A stretch of 64,000 nt of DNA from Nitrospirota bacterium (GTDB lineage: Bacteria; Nitrospirota; UBA9217), in contig DATHDE010000201.1 of NCBI GenBank assembly GCA_035490495.1, positions 1,088 to 65,087 on the forward strand, in the 5' to 3' direction. Made by a program: the position numbers and the translations under genes. The notes below the pieces were generated by a model that saw only the letters and a list, made by a program, of their open reading frames with translations, ran no database searches and was not told the origin of the DNA. Of this stretch, positions 36,595 through 45,699 are shown piece after piece; position 1 is the first letter of the stretch, and every line of letters begins with the position of its first letter.

Positions 36595-37527
36595 GTGATT
36601 ATTCCCGGCAGAACGAACTCCATCCCAATCATTTCAGCAGTCCTGCTGTTCTTATCGTTCTCTGCCTCCTCAGCACAGGCAACGCAGCAATATGCGGTGG
36701 AAACAGGTCTCGACTGTAAGCAGTGCCACGTTCACGCCCTGGGCGGCGAACCGCTTACAGAGGAGGGCACCCGCTTCCTCGCCGGGCTGAAGGCATCAGG
36801 CCGTTATCGTTCTCTGTCTACTACACAGCATATGGTGCGGCTCACAATCGGTTATTTCCATATGCTTGCGGCTATTATCTGGTTCGGTGCCATCCTCTAT
36901 GTCCACGTCCTTCTGAAACCCGCCTACGCCTCCAAAGGCCTGCCGCGGGGCGAACTCAGGCTCGGCTTCTTATCCATGATCGTGGTCGCCATTACCGGCG
37001 TGCTGCTGACCATCGCGCGCATTCCCTCGTGGTCTGCGTTCTACACAACGCGGTTCGGCATCCTCCTGGGGATCAAAATTTGCCTGTATCTCGTTATGCT
37101 GACAAGCGCCCTCATTGTGGCGTTTTTTATCGGCCCCCGCCTCAAGCGCGGGCTGCAGGCAGCTGCCGAGATTCCGGCATCCGGCCTGTTTACCAAAGAA
37201 CTTCTGAGCCGCTTTAACGGCAAGGAAGGCAGACCCGCCTTCCTCGCCTACAAGGGGATTGTCTATGACGTGACCAAAAGCAGGTACTGGAAAAACGGGC
37301 AGCACATGATGAAACACGCCGCAGGCACAGATCTGTCGGAATTCCTCGGCAGCGCACCCCATGGCGAAGACAAAGTACTTCTCATGCAGCGGGTCGGCAC
37401 GCTGGCCGCTGACAATCAGCCGTTAAAGCGCCCCTTTCACGAGCGTCTTTTTTATTTCTTCGCCTACATGAATCTCGCCCTCGTATTTGTCGTTACGTTC
37501 ATCATCGCGCTCTGGCGCTGGTGGTAG
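36595..37527 (+). CDS. Membrane fusion protein: N-terminal CXXCH heme-c module + CopD-like TM domain + cytochrome b5-like heme/steroid-binding domain
   Basis: 310 aa with a GTG start. Signal peptide, CKQCH, about four TM helices (HMLAAIIWFGAILYVHVLL...), then FTKELLSRFNGKEGRPAFLAYKGIVYDVTKSRYW..HAAGTDLSEFL and a terminal TM helix. Confidence 0.6.
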   Translation: MIIPGRTNSIPIISAVLLFLSFSASSAQATQQYAVETGLDCKQCHVHALGGEPLTEEGTRFLAGLKASGRYRSLSTTQHMVRLTIGYFHMLAAIIWFGAILYVHVLLKPAYASKGLPRGELRLGFLSMIVVAITGVLLTIARIPSWSAFYTTRFGILLGIKICLYLVMLTSALIVAFFIGPRLKRGLQAAAEIPASGLFTKELLSRFNGKEGRPAFLAYKGIVYDVTKSRYWKNGQHMMKHAAGTDLSEFLGSAPHGEDKVLLMQRVGTLAADNQPLKRPFHERLFYFFAYMNLALVFVVTFIIALWRWW

Positions 37528-37677
37528 TGTCTCCCCGTCTCCGCGCTTCACGGCTCTTCAAGTATGATGTTTGTCATACCCTTCCCTGCAGGTACGTGGT
37601 ATTCTTTCTTCGACTGAAACATCGCAAATATGAATCATCCCGCGATTCTCTATCTCTCTTTCTGAACAGGAGGATGT

Positions 37678-37992
37678 ATGGAAACCCTGGATATCAAGAA
37701 ACTGATCAAATTTTATCCTGACAGGATCTCGCGCGAAATGTTGTCCGACAAGCCTGAAATGCGTATCGCGCTCATGTGCCTGACCGCAGGACAGAAGCTC
37801 GACCCTCATAAGGCGCCTTTGCGGCTCATGATGTATTGTGTGCAGGGGAAGGGTACGTTCACGGTGGGAGATGAAAAAATAGCGGCAGACGAGAAAACCT
37901 GCATCCTCTGCGAGCCGAATGTGCCCCATGGTTTTGCAGCCGACAAAGGGGAAAACCTCGTTGTCATGGCCGTGGTCACACCTGTGGACTAA
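37678..37992 (+). CDS. Cupin-domain protein
   Basis: 104 aa. Contains GQKLDPHKAP...YCVQGKGTF and PNVPHGF, a two-motif cupin pattern. Confidence 0.65.
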   Translation: METLDIKKLIKFYPDRISREMLSDKPEMRIALMCLTAGQKLDPHKAPLRLMMYCVQGKGTFTVGDEKIAADEKTCILCEPNVPHGFAADKGENLVVMAVVTPVD

Positions 37993-38139
37993 GCGGGGAC
38001 ATTTTGACAGGCGTTATTTTTTTATCCGATTCTGTCCTGTTATCCTGTCAAATTGCTCATTTGTTATTCAGTTCAGTTTTCCCGATTCACTACCCGCTGA
38101 AGCCGCATACCTTGGTCGTGTCCCGGCATATCAGAAAAA

Positions 38140-38168
38140 TTGCCTTTTGACTCCCGCCTTGTTATAAT
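38140..38168 (+). promoter_or_regulatory. Candidate sigma70 promoter upstream of the REC/radical-SAM pair
   Basis: TTGCCT-17 nt-TATAAT, about 70 nt upstream of the ATG at 38237. Confidence 0.4.
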
Positions 38169-38236
38169 GTCGCGGCATTCAGACGGGAGTTCTTTCCCGT
38201 TGTTCCATACAAGGCAGCGGGAGCTGACGCATTCTC

Positions 38237-38638
38237 ATGGGAACGATCCTTCTGATCGACGACAACGCGGCTTTTTTGAAAACCCTAGCGGAGTATGTAA
38301 GCGAACAGTATCCCCACCTCTCGATCCAGGCGTGCATCGATCCGATCAAATGCCTCTCCGCAATCAGCAGCGACCTTGATCTCCTCCTTGTGGATCTCGA
38401 AATGCCGGGCCTTGACGGGGCAAAGGTGCTCAAGTATGCCGTGTCAAGGGGAGTAAGCAAGAACCGGATCATCATCCTGTCGGGCCGCGACGCCGAGTAC
38501 CTGCATAAACGGTTTCCCATAGGCAGCTGCCTCGCCGTGCTGAATAAATACGAAGCAGAACAGCGAAAGGTCCTCGACATGGTATTCAAATCGCTGGAAT
38601 ACAAGAAGAACGCAAAAGGGGATTCCGGACAGCAATGA
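38237..38638 (+). CDS. Stand-alone CheY-like receiver (REC) protein
   Basis: 133 aa. Contains ILLIDDN, LLLVDLEMPGLDG, IIILSG and VLNKY. No output domain. Confidence 0.8.
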   Translation: MGTILLIDDNAAFLKTLAEYVSEQYPHLSIQACIDPIKCLSAISSDLDLLLVDLEMPGLDGAKVLKYAVSRGVSKNRIIILSGRDAEYLHKRFPIGSCLAVLNKYEAEQRKVLDMVFKSLEYKKNAKGDSGQQ

Positions 38639-40089
38639 AAGCAAAAAAAACCATCATACTCATCCATCCGCTCGGGGAAAACTGGACCTCGGGAGAGCAG
38701 GATCTGTCCCACATCGTCAATATCATGCCGCCCATGGGGCTGCTCTCGCTCGCAGCATGGATGGAGAAACACGGCCACCGGTCTGACATCCACGACTGCT
38801 ATGCGTTCCCCGGCAGGGATGAACGGATCTTTTCCTACATTAAAGATCGTAAACCGGAATACATCGGCTTTTCCACGACAACGTCGAGCTTTCTCGATGC
38901 CGTACGGCTCGCTGAGCGCGCCAAGGAAATCCATCCCGGCATCAGAACCGTGTTCGGCGGCGTCCACATGTCGGGGCTTCGCGAACGCCTTCTCCGCGAT
39001 TACCCCATTATCGATTTCGGGGTTGTGGGCGAGGGGGAGCAGACCCTGCTCGAACTCGTTGAGTCCGACGGCCAGAATCCGGAATCAATAGAAGGACTCG
39101 TATTTCGAAAAAACGGCGAGGTCGTGTTCACGGGATTCCGCAAGAAGCTCATCGATCTTGACACCCTTCCCTTCCCCGCTTATGAGAAACTGGAAGGTTT
39201 CCCCCAGAGCTACAAGCTTCCCATCTTCAGTTACCCCAAAGCCCCCAATACGACGGTCATCACGAGCCGCGGCTGTCCGTATACGTGCTCCTACTGCGAC
39301 CGTTCGGTGTTCCGCCGCACGTACCGCTACAATTCACCCGAGTACATGCTGGAACTGATCACGCACTTGCACAAACGCTTCAATATAAAACACGTAAACA
39401 TTTACGATGACACATTCACGCTGAAACGCGAGCGCGTGCTGAAGTTCTGCGAACTCAAGATCAAATCAGGGCTGAAGATGACGTTCAACTGCGCGGCCCG
39501 TACGGAGCAGCTCGATGAAGAAATGCTTCGCATGATGAAACGCGCGGGGTGCTGGATGATCAGCCTCGGCATCGAGACAGGCGATCCCGACCTGCTCAAA
39601 CGCCACAGGTCGTACCTGCCCACGGCAAAAATGGACAATCCGCTCGAGAACATCCGGGCCATGGTTCACCTGATAAAAAAATCCGGCATCCGCGCCAAGG
39701 GGCTTTTCATGATGGGCCTTCCCGGTGAGACTGAAGCCAGCATCGACAAGAGCATGGAGTATGTTTTCAGTCTTCCCCTCGACGAGTTCAATCTCGCCAA
39801 ACTGACCCCGTTCCCCGGCGCCCCCATCTACGGCGACATCCGCGAGCACGGGACGTTCGACGAAGACTGGACGCAGATGAACGCGCTCAATTTCATGTTC
39901 ATCCCCCGTGGTTTTACCCGGGAACGGCTCGAGGAGCGCTACCGCGAGTTTTATCGCCGATATTTCACGAGACCTCAGATCCTGCTGAAATACACTGCGA
40001 TGATCTGGAAGTCCCCCGACTCATGGAAGCGCTTTTGGATGGATCTGCCGCGGTTCCTGCGGTTCCGGAAAAATTACGAAAAGCGTTGA
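38635..40089 (+). CDS. B12-binding-domain radical SAM enzyme (class B)
   Basis: 484 aa. N-terminal cobalamin-binding-like domain (IMPPMGLLSLAAWMEKHGH, IGFSTTTSSF) and the radical-SAM cluster motif CPYTCSYC. ATGA overlap with the REC gene. Confidence 0.8.
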   Translation: MKAKKTIILIHPLGENWTSGEQDLSHIVNIMPPMGLLSLAAWMEKHGHRSDIHDCYAFPGRDERIFSYIKDRKPEYIGFSTTTSSFLDAVRLAERAKEIHPGIRTVFGGVHMSGLRERLLRDYPIIDFGVVGEGEQTLLELVESDGQNPESIEGLVFRKNGEVVFTGFRKKLIDLDTLPFPAYEKLEGFPQSYKLPIFSYPKAPNTTVITSRGCPYTCSYCDRSVFRRTYRYNSPEYMLELITHLHKRFNIKHVNIYDDTFTLKRERVLKFCELKIKSGLKMTFNCAARTEQLDEEMLRMMKRAGCWMISLGIETGDPDLLKRHRSYLPTAKMDNPLENIRAMVHLIKKSGIRAKGLFMMGLPGETEASIDKSMEYVFSLPLDEFNLAKLTPFPGAPIYGDIREHGTFDEDWTQMNALNFMFIPRGFTRERLEERYREFYRRYFTRPQILLKYTAMIWKSPDSWKRFWMDLPRFLRFRKNYEKR

Positions 40090-41279
40090 CGTTGACCTGC
40101 CGCCCCCTGGCTGCTCAATGCTTCCCCGGGCACCAGCAGGGGCTCCAGCCTGTCGATACGGAAATGCTGCAGAAATTTGATGAATGCATGCGAATGCAGG
40201 GGATCGTTGTCCATGCCGAAAAGATGGGTGCGGCACCGGCAGTCAGACGATCCAAATCCGTCAATGCGCTGGTCTGCTATCGTGCTCAGCGCTTCCGCGA
40301 GAGCGCATTCCAGATCGTCCTTTGTCCTGACGGGGATGACCGCGTGGACATCGGCTGCCTGACGGAGATAGTCGATGTGCCAATGGTTTTTTTTGATCAA
40401 CCTTCTGTGCCGCTCGAGTCGCTTCGCAAGATGTTCACGCGCCGAACCGACGTAGAGATAGTACCCTTTTCTGAACCTGGTTTCGCCCAGATTTCCCACG
40501 GCAACGGTACGATTTTTCCTCAGGCGCATAACAAAAATATAACTCCCCCGGTCGTGCGCTTCACGTTCAACAATATGCCAGGGGATGACGGCCTCCTTGA
40601 CCCTGCCCGGTTCTAATTGCCTTGTCCACGCTACGGATACCGCCCGGACCATGACGTCGTCTTTTACCGAAAGCAGGGTCTGCGCAAAAACGAGGTCCGT
40701 ATGGTATTCGGGAAGAAAATATTCGGCATGAGGCCAGTGGATGAGGAAAATCACGGCCGTTTGCAGACCGGCCCGCGAAAGCGCCGCCAGTTTCTGAAGA
40801 TGTCGTGTCCCGCGCAGCGTGACAGCATCCGGAAACATCGCTAGGCGGTTGCCTGCCAGCGTGCAGGACTTGATTTCGACGATGACGCTGCTCGCCCCTT
40901 TTTTCAGGAGAAAGTCGAACCTGCTGGCGCCGTATTTTTTCTCCTGTTGCACGATTGATGCGCCTTCCAGGCCAGGGATGCTCCCCTGATCCAGAAGGTG
41001 TCTGGCAACAAGGTTGTTCACCTGCGTGTGGATCATGACCGGAATGCCGTCCCGCTCTACAGCTGCAACTATGAAGTCCGTGCGCCCCTCGAACCCGGCA
41101 TCGTGCGGGACGAGATACAAGACCGCCCCGGGAAAGAGCAGCTCCCACAGCCTGCCGGGATTCGGAAGGTAGGCGTTCACGCATTTCCCATCCACAAGGC
41201 ATCGTGCAATAAACCGATTCTGCCGCTCGAGAAATCTCCCCGGAACAATGTTTGGAAAAAAATGCGGTTTATCTTTCAT
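40074..41279 (-). CDS. SfsA-like nuclease-fold domain fused to a DUF123 (GIY-YIG-like) domain
   Basis: 401 aa. N-terminus resembles SfsA (GRFLERQNRFIARCLVDGKCVNAYLPNPGRLWELL). C-terminus has GYYLYVGSA...HWHIDYL, recalled as the DUF123 signature. Confidence 0.6.
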   Translation of the reverse strand: MKDKPHFFPNIVPGRFLERQNRFIARCLVDGKCVNAYLPNPGRLWELLFPGAVLYLVPHDAGFEGRTDFIVAAVERDGIPVMIHTQVNNLVARHLLDQGSIPGLEGASIVQQEKKYGASRFDFLLKKGASSVIVEIKSCTLAGNRLAMFPDAVTLRGTRHLQKLAALSRAGLQTAVIFLIHWPHAEYFLPEYHTDLVFAQTLLSVKDDVMVRAVSVAWTRQLEPGRVKEAVIPWHIVEREAHDRGSYIFVMRLRKNRTVAVGNLGETRFRKGYYLYVGSAREHLAKRLERHRRLIKKNHWHIDYLRQAADVHAVIPVRTKDDLECALAEALSTIADQRIDGFGSSDCRCRTHLFGMDNDPLHSHAFIKFLQHFRIDRLEPLLVPGEALSSQGAAGQRQRFS

Positions 41280-41437
41280 GCATGCATAGTACCTAATGAA
41301 AAACCGCCTGTCATTATTTTCCCGGCGGTCGCAGCACGTTTTTCAGCGTACGTGTTGTTCTTTGTTCTTTATGGTATACTTGTTTATCTCCAATGAAAAA
41401 TCGTGACGACCAGCACATATTCGATTAAAAAAATCTT

Positions 41438-41466
41438 TTGACAAAAAAAAGGTGCAGTACTAATAT
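41438..41466 (+). promoter_or_regulatory. Candidate sigma70 promoter of the peroxiredoxin-Rrf2-cydAB cluster
   Basis: TTGACA-17 nt-TAATAT, about 50 nt upstream of the ATG at 41517, which is preceded by GGAGG. Confidence 0.55.
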
Positions 41467-41516
41467 AGGGTCCACAATATCCCGTATGAACACCGCAAGA
41501 AGAAGGAGGAATTGTT

Positions 41517-42128
41517 ATGTCGAATGATGCTTGCTGTCTCCATGTTGGCCAGAATGTTCCTGAATTTAAACTGGATACTTTTGAACCTACCAAATCGGAC
41601 TTCGGCGAAATAAGCCTGTCCGGTTTAAAATCCGCGAAGAAATGGACGGTCCTTTTCTTCTATCCGGCTGACTTCACGTTTGTCTGCGCAACTGAATTTG
41701 CAGCGCTGGCCGAGCAATATGACGAATTTAAAAAACTCGGCGCCGAAGTCATCACGATCAGCACAGACACGAAATTCACCCACCTCGCCTGGCAGCGTGA
41801 TGAAAAAATGCTCGAAAAGGCAAAATACCCCATGGGCTCAGACACTACCGGAGCTGTCTCGCGGATGTTTGGAGTTTATGACGAGGCATCCGGACTCGCC
41901 CTGCGCGGTGCGTTCATCATCAGCCCGGACGGCATGCTCATGAACACGGAAGTGAATTTTTACAACCTGGGCCGGAACATCGAGGAACTTTTGAGAAAAC
42001 TCAAGGCAAACATCCATCTTGCAGCCAATCCCACGGAGGTCTGCCCCGCCCAGTGGCGACAAGAAGGCGACAAGACGCTGAAACCGTCCGCAAAAATCGT
42101 CGGGAAAATATACGAGGCATTGAAATAA
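41517..42128 (+). CDS. Peroxiredoxin (AhpC/Prx1-type 2-Cys)
   Basis: 203 aa. Contains FFYPADFTFVCATEF (peroxidatic Cys) and a C-terminal EVCPAQW (resolving Cys). Confidence 0.9.
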   Translation: MSNDACCLHVGQNVPEFKLDTFEPTKSDFGEISLSGLKSAKKWTVLFFYPADFTFVCATEFAALAEQYDEFKKLGAEVITISTDTKFTHLAWQRDEKMLEKAKYPMGSDTTGAVSRMFGVYDEASGLALRGAFIISPDGMLMNTEVNFYNLGRNIEELLRKLKANIHLAANPTEVCPAQWRQEGDKTLKPSAKIVGKIYEALK

Positions 42129-42131
42129 CAT

Positions 42132-42530
42132 ATGCTGATCACCCGGGAAACCGACTATGCTGTCCGCACGGTGCTGTATCTCGCAAAAGAGAACGACCGG
42201 ATGGTCAATGTCTCGGAGATATCGCGTGCAATGCACATCCCCAAGAGTTTTCTTGCAAAAATACTTCAGCGGCTCGTGCTGCGGGGCATGGTGAAGTCGG
42301 CACGCGGGATCAAAGGCGGCTTTCAGCTCGCTAAGCGGCCTGCCGACATTTCACTGTTGAATATCATGGAAGCTATCCAGGGACCGGCCGGCATCAATCT
42401 CTGCGCGGTTGACGGCAAGAAGTGCCGTATGAGTTCCACATGCTGCGTGCATCCGATCTGGGTCGACATCAGACATGATATTGAAAAACGCCTGCAGAAG
42501 CAAACCATTGCCGGTCTGCTGCAGGCGTGA
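42132..42530 (+). CDS. Rrf2-family transcriptional regulator (IscR/NsrR-like, Cys-cluster bearing)
   Basis: 132 aa. Starts MLITRETDYAVRTVLYLA, with a wHTH and the Cys motif CAVDGKKCRMSSTCC. Confidence 0.85.
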   Translation: MLITRETDYAVRTVLYLAKENDRMVNVSEISRAMHIPKSFLAKILQRLVLRGMVKSARGIKGGFQLAKRPADISLLNIMEAIQGPAGINLCAVDGKKCRMSSTCCVHPIWVDIRHDIEKRLQKQTIAGLLQA

Positions 42531-42599
42531 TTTTTTTGCATTAAAAAACAAGGATATTGTTTATCCTTTTTTATACATTTGAGGAACGGAGGCCCCTGC

Positions 42600-43937
42600 A
42601 TGGATACCCTGGCGTTAAGCAGGCTTCAATTCGCAGTCACAAGCATGTTCCACTGGATTTTTGTTCCCCTGACTCTCGGACTTTCTGTGCTGACTGCCTA
42701 CATGGAAACGAAATACGTCAGGACCGCAGACACGACCTATCTCCGGATGACAAAATTCTGGGGCAAACTGTTCCTCATCAACTTTGCGCTCGGTATTGTT
42801 ACCGGCCTTACCATGGAATTTCAGTTTGGCATGAACTGGGCCGAGTATTCGAAATACGTGGGCGACATCTTCGGAGCGCCGCTCGCTATTGAAGCGACCC
42901 TTGCGTTCTTCCTCGAATCCGTTTTCATCGGTGTATGGATTTTCGGATGGAATAAAGTATCAAAAGCAACCCATGCTCTTGCCATCTGGATCGTGGCCCT
43001 GGCAACGAATCTCTCGGCCCTGTGGATACTACTTGCAAACGGCTGGATGCAGAAACCCGTGGGGTACGTCCTGAGGAACAACCGGGCTGAGATGACCGAT
43101 TTCGGTGCGCTGCTTACGAACGATTACGGACTGCTCAAGTTCGGCCATACCCTCTCCTCGGGATATGTCGTAGCTGCATTTTTTGTCATGGCCATATCTG
43201 CGTACCATTTGCTCAGAAAAAACAATGTCGATTTCTTCCAGCGCTCTTTCAAAATGGCGGCGATTTTCGGACTCGCGTCGTCCCTGCTCGTTGCAGTAAT
43301 CGGGGATATCAATGCGGCAGAGATCGCACGCAACCAGCCGACAAAGTTCGCTGCCATGGAATCGCTCTGGGAAACGCAGAAGGGTGTTGGGTTCAACCTG
43401 ATCGTCATCCCCGACACTGCACGGGAATGCAATGCGGTCGAGGGCCCTTGCGTCCCGCGCCTGCTGAGCTATCTCGCGTTTCACAATCCTGACGCGGAGA
43501 TCAAGGGGCTGAAGGCATTTCCCGCAGAAGAAAGGCCGCCGGTCTGGCCAGTCTTCGCTGGCTTCCGCGTCATGGTATTGATAGGCGGCCTTCTCCTGCT
43601 GCTCTCTGTTTTCGGTGTCTTCTATTCCCTTCGCGGTACACTGGAACAGCACCGCCTTTTCCTGCTTCTCGTGCTCTACGCCCTTCCCCTTCCCTACATT
43701 GCTGGACAGCTGGGATGGATTGTTGCGGAAATCGGCCGCCAGCCGTGGATTGTCTACGGCGTTCTGAAAACATCACAGGCTGTTTCCCGGTCAGTCAGCG
43801 CCGTGCAGGTCGTTATTTCGCTGCTCGGTTTCACGGTCTTGTACAGCGGACTGGGCATCGTGGATGTCTACCTTCTGACGAAATTTGCCCGGAAAGGTCC
43901 TGAAGACGCTGGTTCTGCCGCCATTCCGACACGCTAG
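42600..43937 (+). CDS. cydA: Cytochrome bd quinol oxidase subunit I
   Basis: Start taken at MDTLALSRLQFAVTSMFHWIFVPLT. Contains GWIVAEIGRQPW (the Q-loop-distal motif). Confidence 0.9.
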   Translation: MDTLALSRLQFAVTSMFHWIFVPLTLGLSVLTAYMETKYVRTADTTYLRMTKFWGKLFLINFALGIVTGLTMEFQFGMNWAEYSKYVGDIFGAPLAIEATLAFFLESVFIGVWIFGWNKVSKATHALAIWIVALATNLSALWILLANGWMQKPVGYVLRNNRAEMTDFGALLTNDYGLLKFGHTLSSGYVVAAFFVMAISAYHLLRKNNVDFFQRSFKMAAIFGLASSLLVAVIGDINAAEIARNQPTKFAAMESLWETQKGVGFNLIVIPDTARECNAVEGPCVPRLLSYLAFHNPDAEIKGLKAFPAEERPPVWPVFAGFRVMVLIGGLLLLLSVFGVFYSLRGTLEQHRLFLLLVLYALPLPYIAGQLGWIVAEIGRQPWIVYGVLKTSQAVSRSVSAVQVVISLLGFTVLYSGLGIVDVYLLTKFARKGPEDAGSAAIPTR

Positions 43938-43947
43938 GAGAACTCAC

Positions 43948-44976
43948 ATGGAACTGCAAATCATCTGGTTCGTACTCTGGTCTGTTCTGTGGGCTGTCTA
44001 TTTCATGCTTGACGGGTTTGTGTTCGGGACCGGTATGCTGCATTACTATCTCGGCACGACCGATCAGGAGAGAAAAATTCTGATCAATACCGTGGGGCCG
44101 GTGTGGGACGGCAACGAGGTGTGGCTCGTGACGGCGGGAGGCGCAACGTTCGCCGCATTCCCTACAACCTATGCGCTGATGTTCAGCTACCTGTATTCGG
44201 CGCTCTTGCTGCTCCTCTTCTCGCTCATCATCCGCGGTGTGTCTCTGGAATTCCGCGGAAAACTTCATGGTCCTTCCTGGAAAAAAATCTGGGACCTCGG
44301 CATATTCGTCGGCAGCGCGCTCCCCGCGCTCCTGTTCGGCGTGGCGTTCGGCAACATCTTCAGCGGACTCCCCATGGACGCAGCGGGATATCATGGATCA
44401 CTGCTGTCGCTGCTGAACCCTTACGGCCTCGTGAGCGGCGTGGTCTTTGTTATACTCTTTCTCGTGCACGGCAGCCTGTATGCCGCTGTAAAAACCGAAG
44501 GTCGCGTTCGCGAACGGGCAATCGAAGTCGCGGAAGGTGTCTGGGCCGCTGAACTGCTGATTACGTCGGCATTTCTCATCGCAACTGTTATCTCCACGAA
44601 CTTATACGAAAACTACCGCTCGCTCCCCCTGCTTATGGTTGTTCCCGCGCTTGCTGTGGTTTCGCTCGTCATGATCAAAATATTTCTTTCAGCGGGCAAA
44701 GCGCTGTCCGCCTTTGCTTCGTCCTGCGTGCTCATTGTGCTCATTATTAGCACCGGTCTCATCGGACTGTTTCCGAATCTGATCCCGTCGAGCACGAACG
44801 CTCTCTACAGTCTGACTATTTACAATTCCTCCTCCAGTGCCTATACGCTCAAGATCATGACCGTCGTCGCGCTGGTCTTTGTCCCGATTGTGATCGCCTA
44901 TAAAATCTGGGTCTACCGTGTATTCCGTTCTCGGGTAACTGCTGATGAGGTGATGAAAAACGAGGAAGCATATTAG
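43948..44976 (+). CDS. cydB: Cytochrome bd quinol oxidase subunit II
   Basis: Start taken at MELQIIWFVLWSVLWAVYFMLDGFVFG, after AGGAG. Contains WDGNEVWL. Confidence 0.9.
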   Translation: MELQIIWFVLWSVLWAVYFMLDGFVFGTGMLHYYLGTTDQERKILINTVGPVWDGNEVWLVTAGGATFAAFPTTYALMFSYLYSALLLLLFSLIIRGVSLEFRGKLHGPSWKKIWDLGIFVGSALPALLFGVAFGNIFSGLPMDAAGYHGSLLSLLNPYGLVSGVVFVILFLVHGSLYAAVKTEGRVRERAIEVAEGVWAAELLITSAFLIATVISTNLYENYRSLPLLMVVPALAVVSLVMIKIFLSAGKALSAFASSCVLIVLIISTGLIGLFPNLIPSSTNALYSLTIYNSSSSAYTLKIMTVVALVFVPIVIAYKIWVYRVFRSRVTADEVMKNEEAY

Positions 44977-45114
44977 CAGCTCGTGCTACTGAGGATTGCA
45001 CCTGGGGATCGTCCGATCTGTACGATAACGGAGCGTCCTCCACATCGGGGCAGGCGGGGTAAGCACTGATCAGTCCCCTGACTGAACAGGGATGGGGGCT
45101 GCTCCTGGCATCTC

Positions 45115-45153
45115 AAAAAAAACCGGCCACGGGTCCATCAGTGGCCGGTTTTT
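45115..45153. terminator. Bidirectional rho-independent terminator between cydB and the yidB-like gene
   Basis: AAAAAAAA-CCGGCCAC-10 nt-GTGGCCGG-TTTTT. Confidence 0.8.
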
Positions 45154-45177
45154 CGTCACTCTCTCTTTGGTTGCGCT

Positions 45178-45591
45178 TCATTTCCCGAGGAACTGGTTTT
45201 TCAGCATGTTCAGTGTTTCTGCAAGTGCGCCGCTTTCCGGAAGTTTCCCGTTCGGCGTCAGTTTATCGATGACTTCGGGAAGCAGCACCGTCATTTTTTT
45301 AGAAATTTCATCCGTAGATATCCCCGCCTTCTGGGCAAGCTGCTGAAGAATGCCGCTCCCCAGCACCTGCTGTATTTTATCCTGGCTGATCGGCAGGTTC
45401 GCGCCGGTACCGATCCATGAGTTGATGATATCACCGAACCCCTTGTCCTTGAATTGCTGTACAATGCCCTGGAGCCCGCCGTGGTCAGCACTGGTCAAAA
45501 GATGTTCAATGCTTGACAGCACATTTCCCTGCATATTACTCCCGGCCAATGCATTTTTTATGCTGCCTGATATTTCATCCAGCAAACCCAT
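45178..45591 (-). CDS. YidB/DUF937-family protein
   Basis: Start taken at MGLLDEISG, after AAGGCGG; the ORF track extends to 45651. Contains GGLQGIVQQFKDKGFGDIINSWIGTGANLPIS and LPEVIDKLTPNGKLP. Confidence 0.7.
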   Translation of the reverse strand: MGLLDEISGSIKNALAGSNMQGNVLSSIEHLLTSADHGGLQGIVQQFKDKGFGDIINSWIGTGANLPISQDKIQQVLGSGILQQLAQKAGISTDEISKKMTVLLPEVIDKLTPNGKLPESGALAETLNMLKNQFLGK

Positions 45592-45699
45592 AGCAACCGC
45601 CTTTCCGACAGATACTGATGAAAATCCTGATGTGATTTTCAGATCTGCCATTAAACAATAGTATCATCGTTGATTAGATCTCAGCCCTTGAACCAGGTG

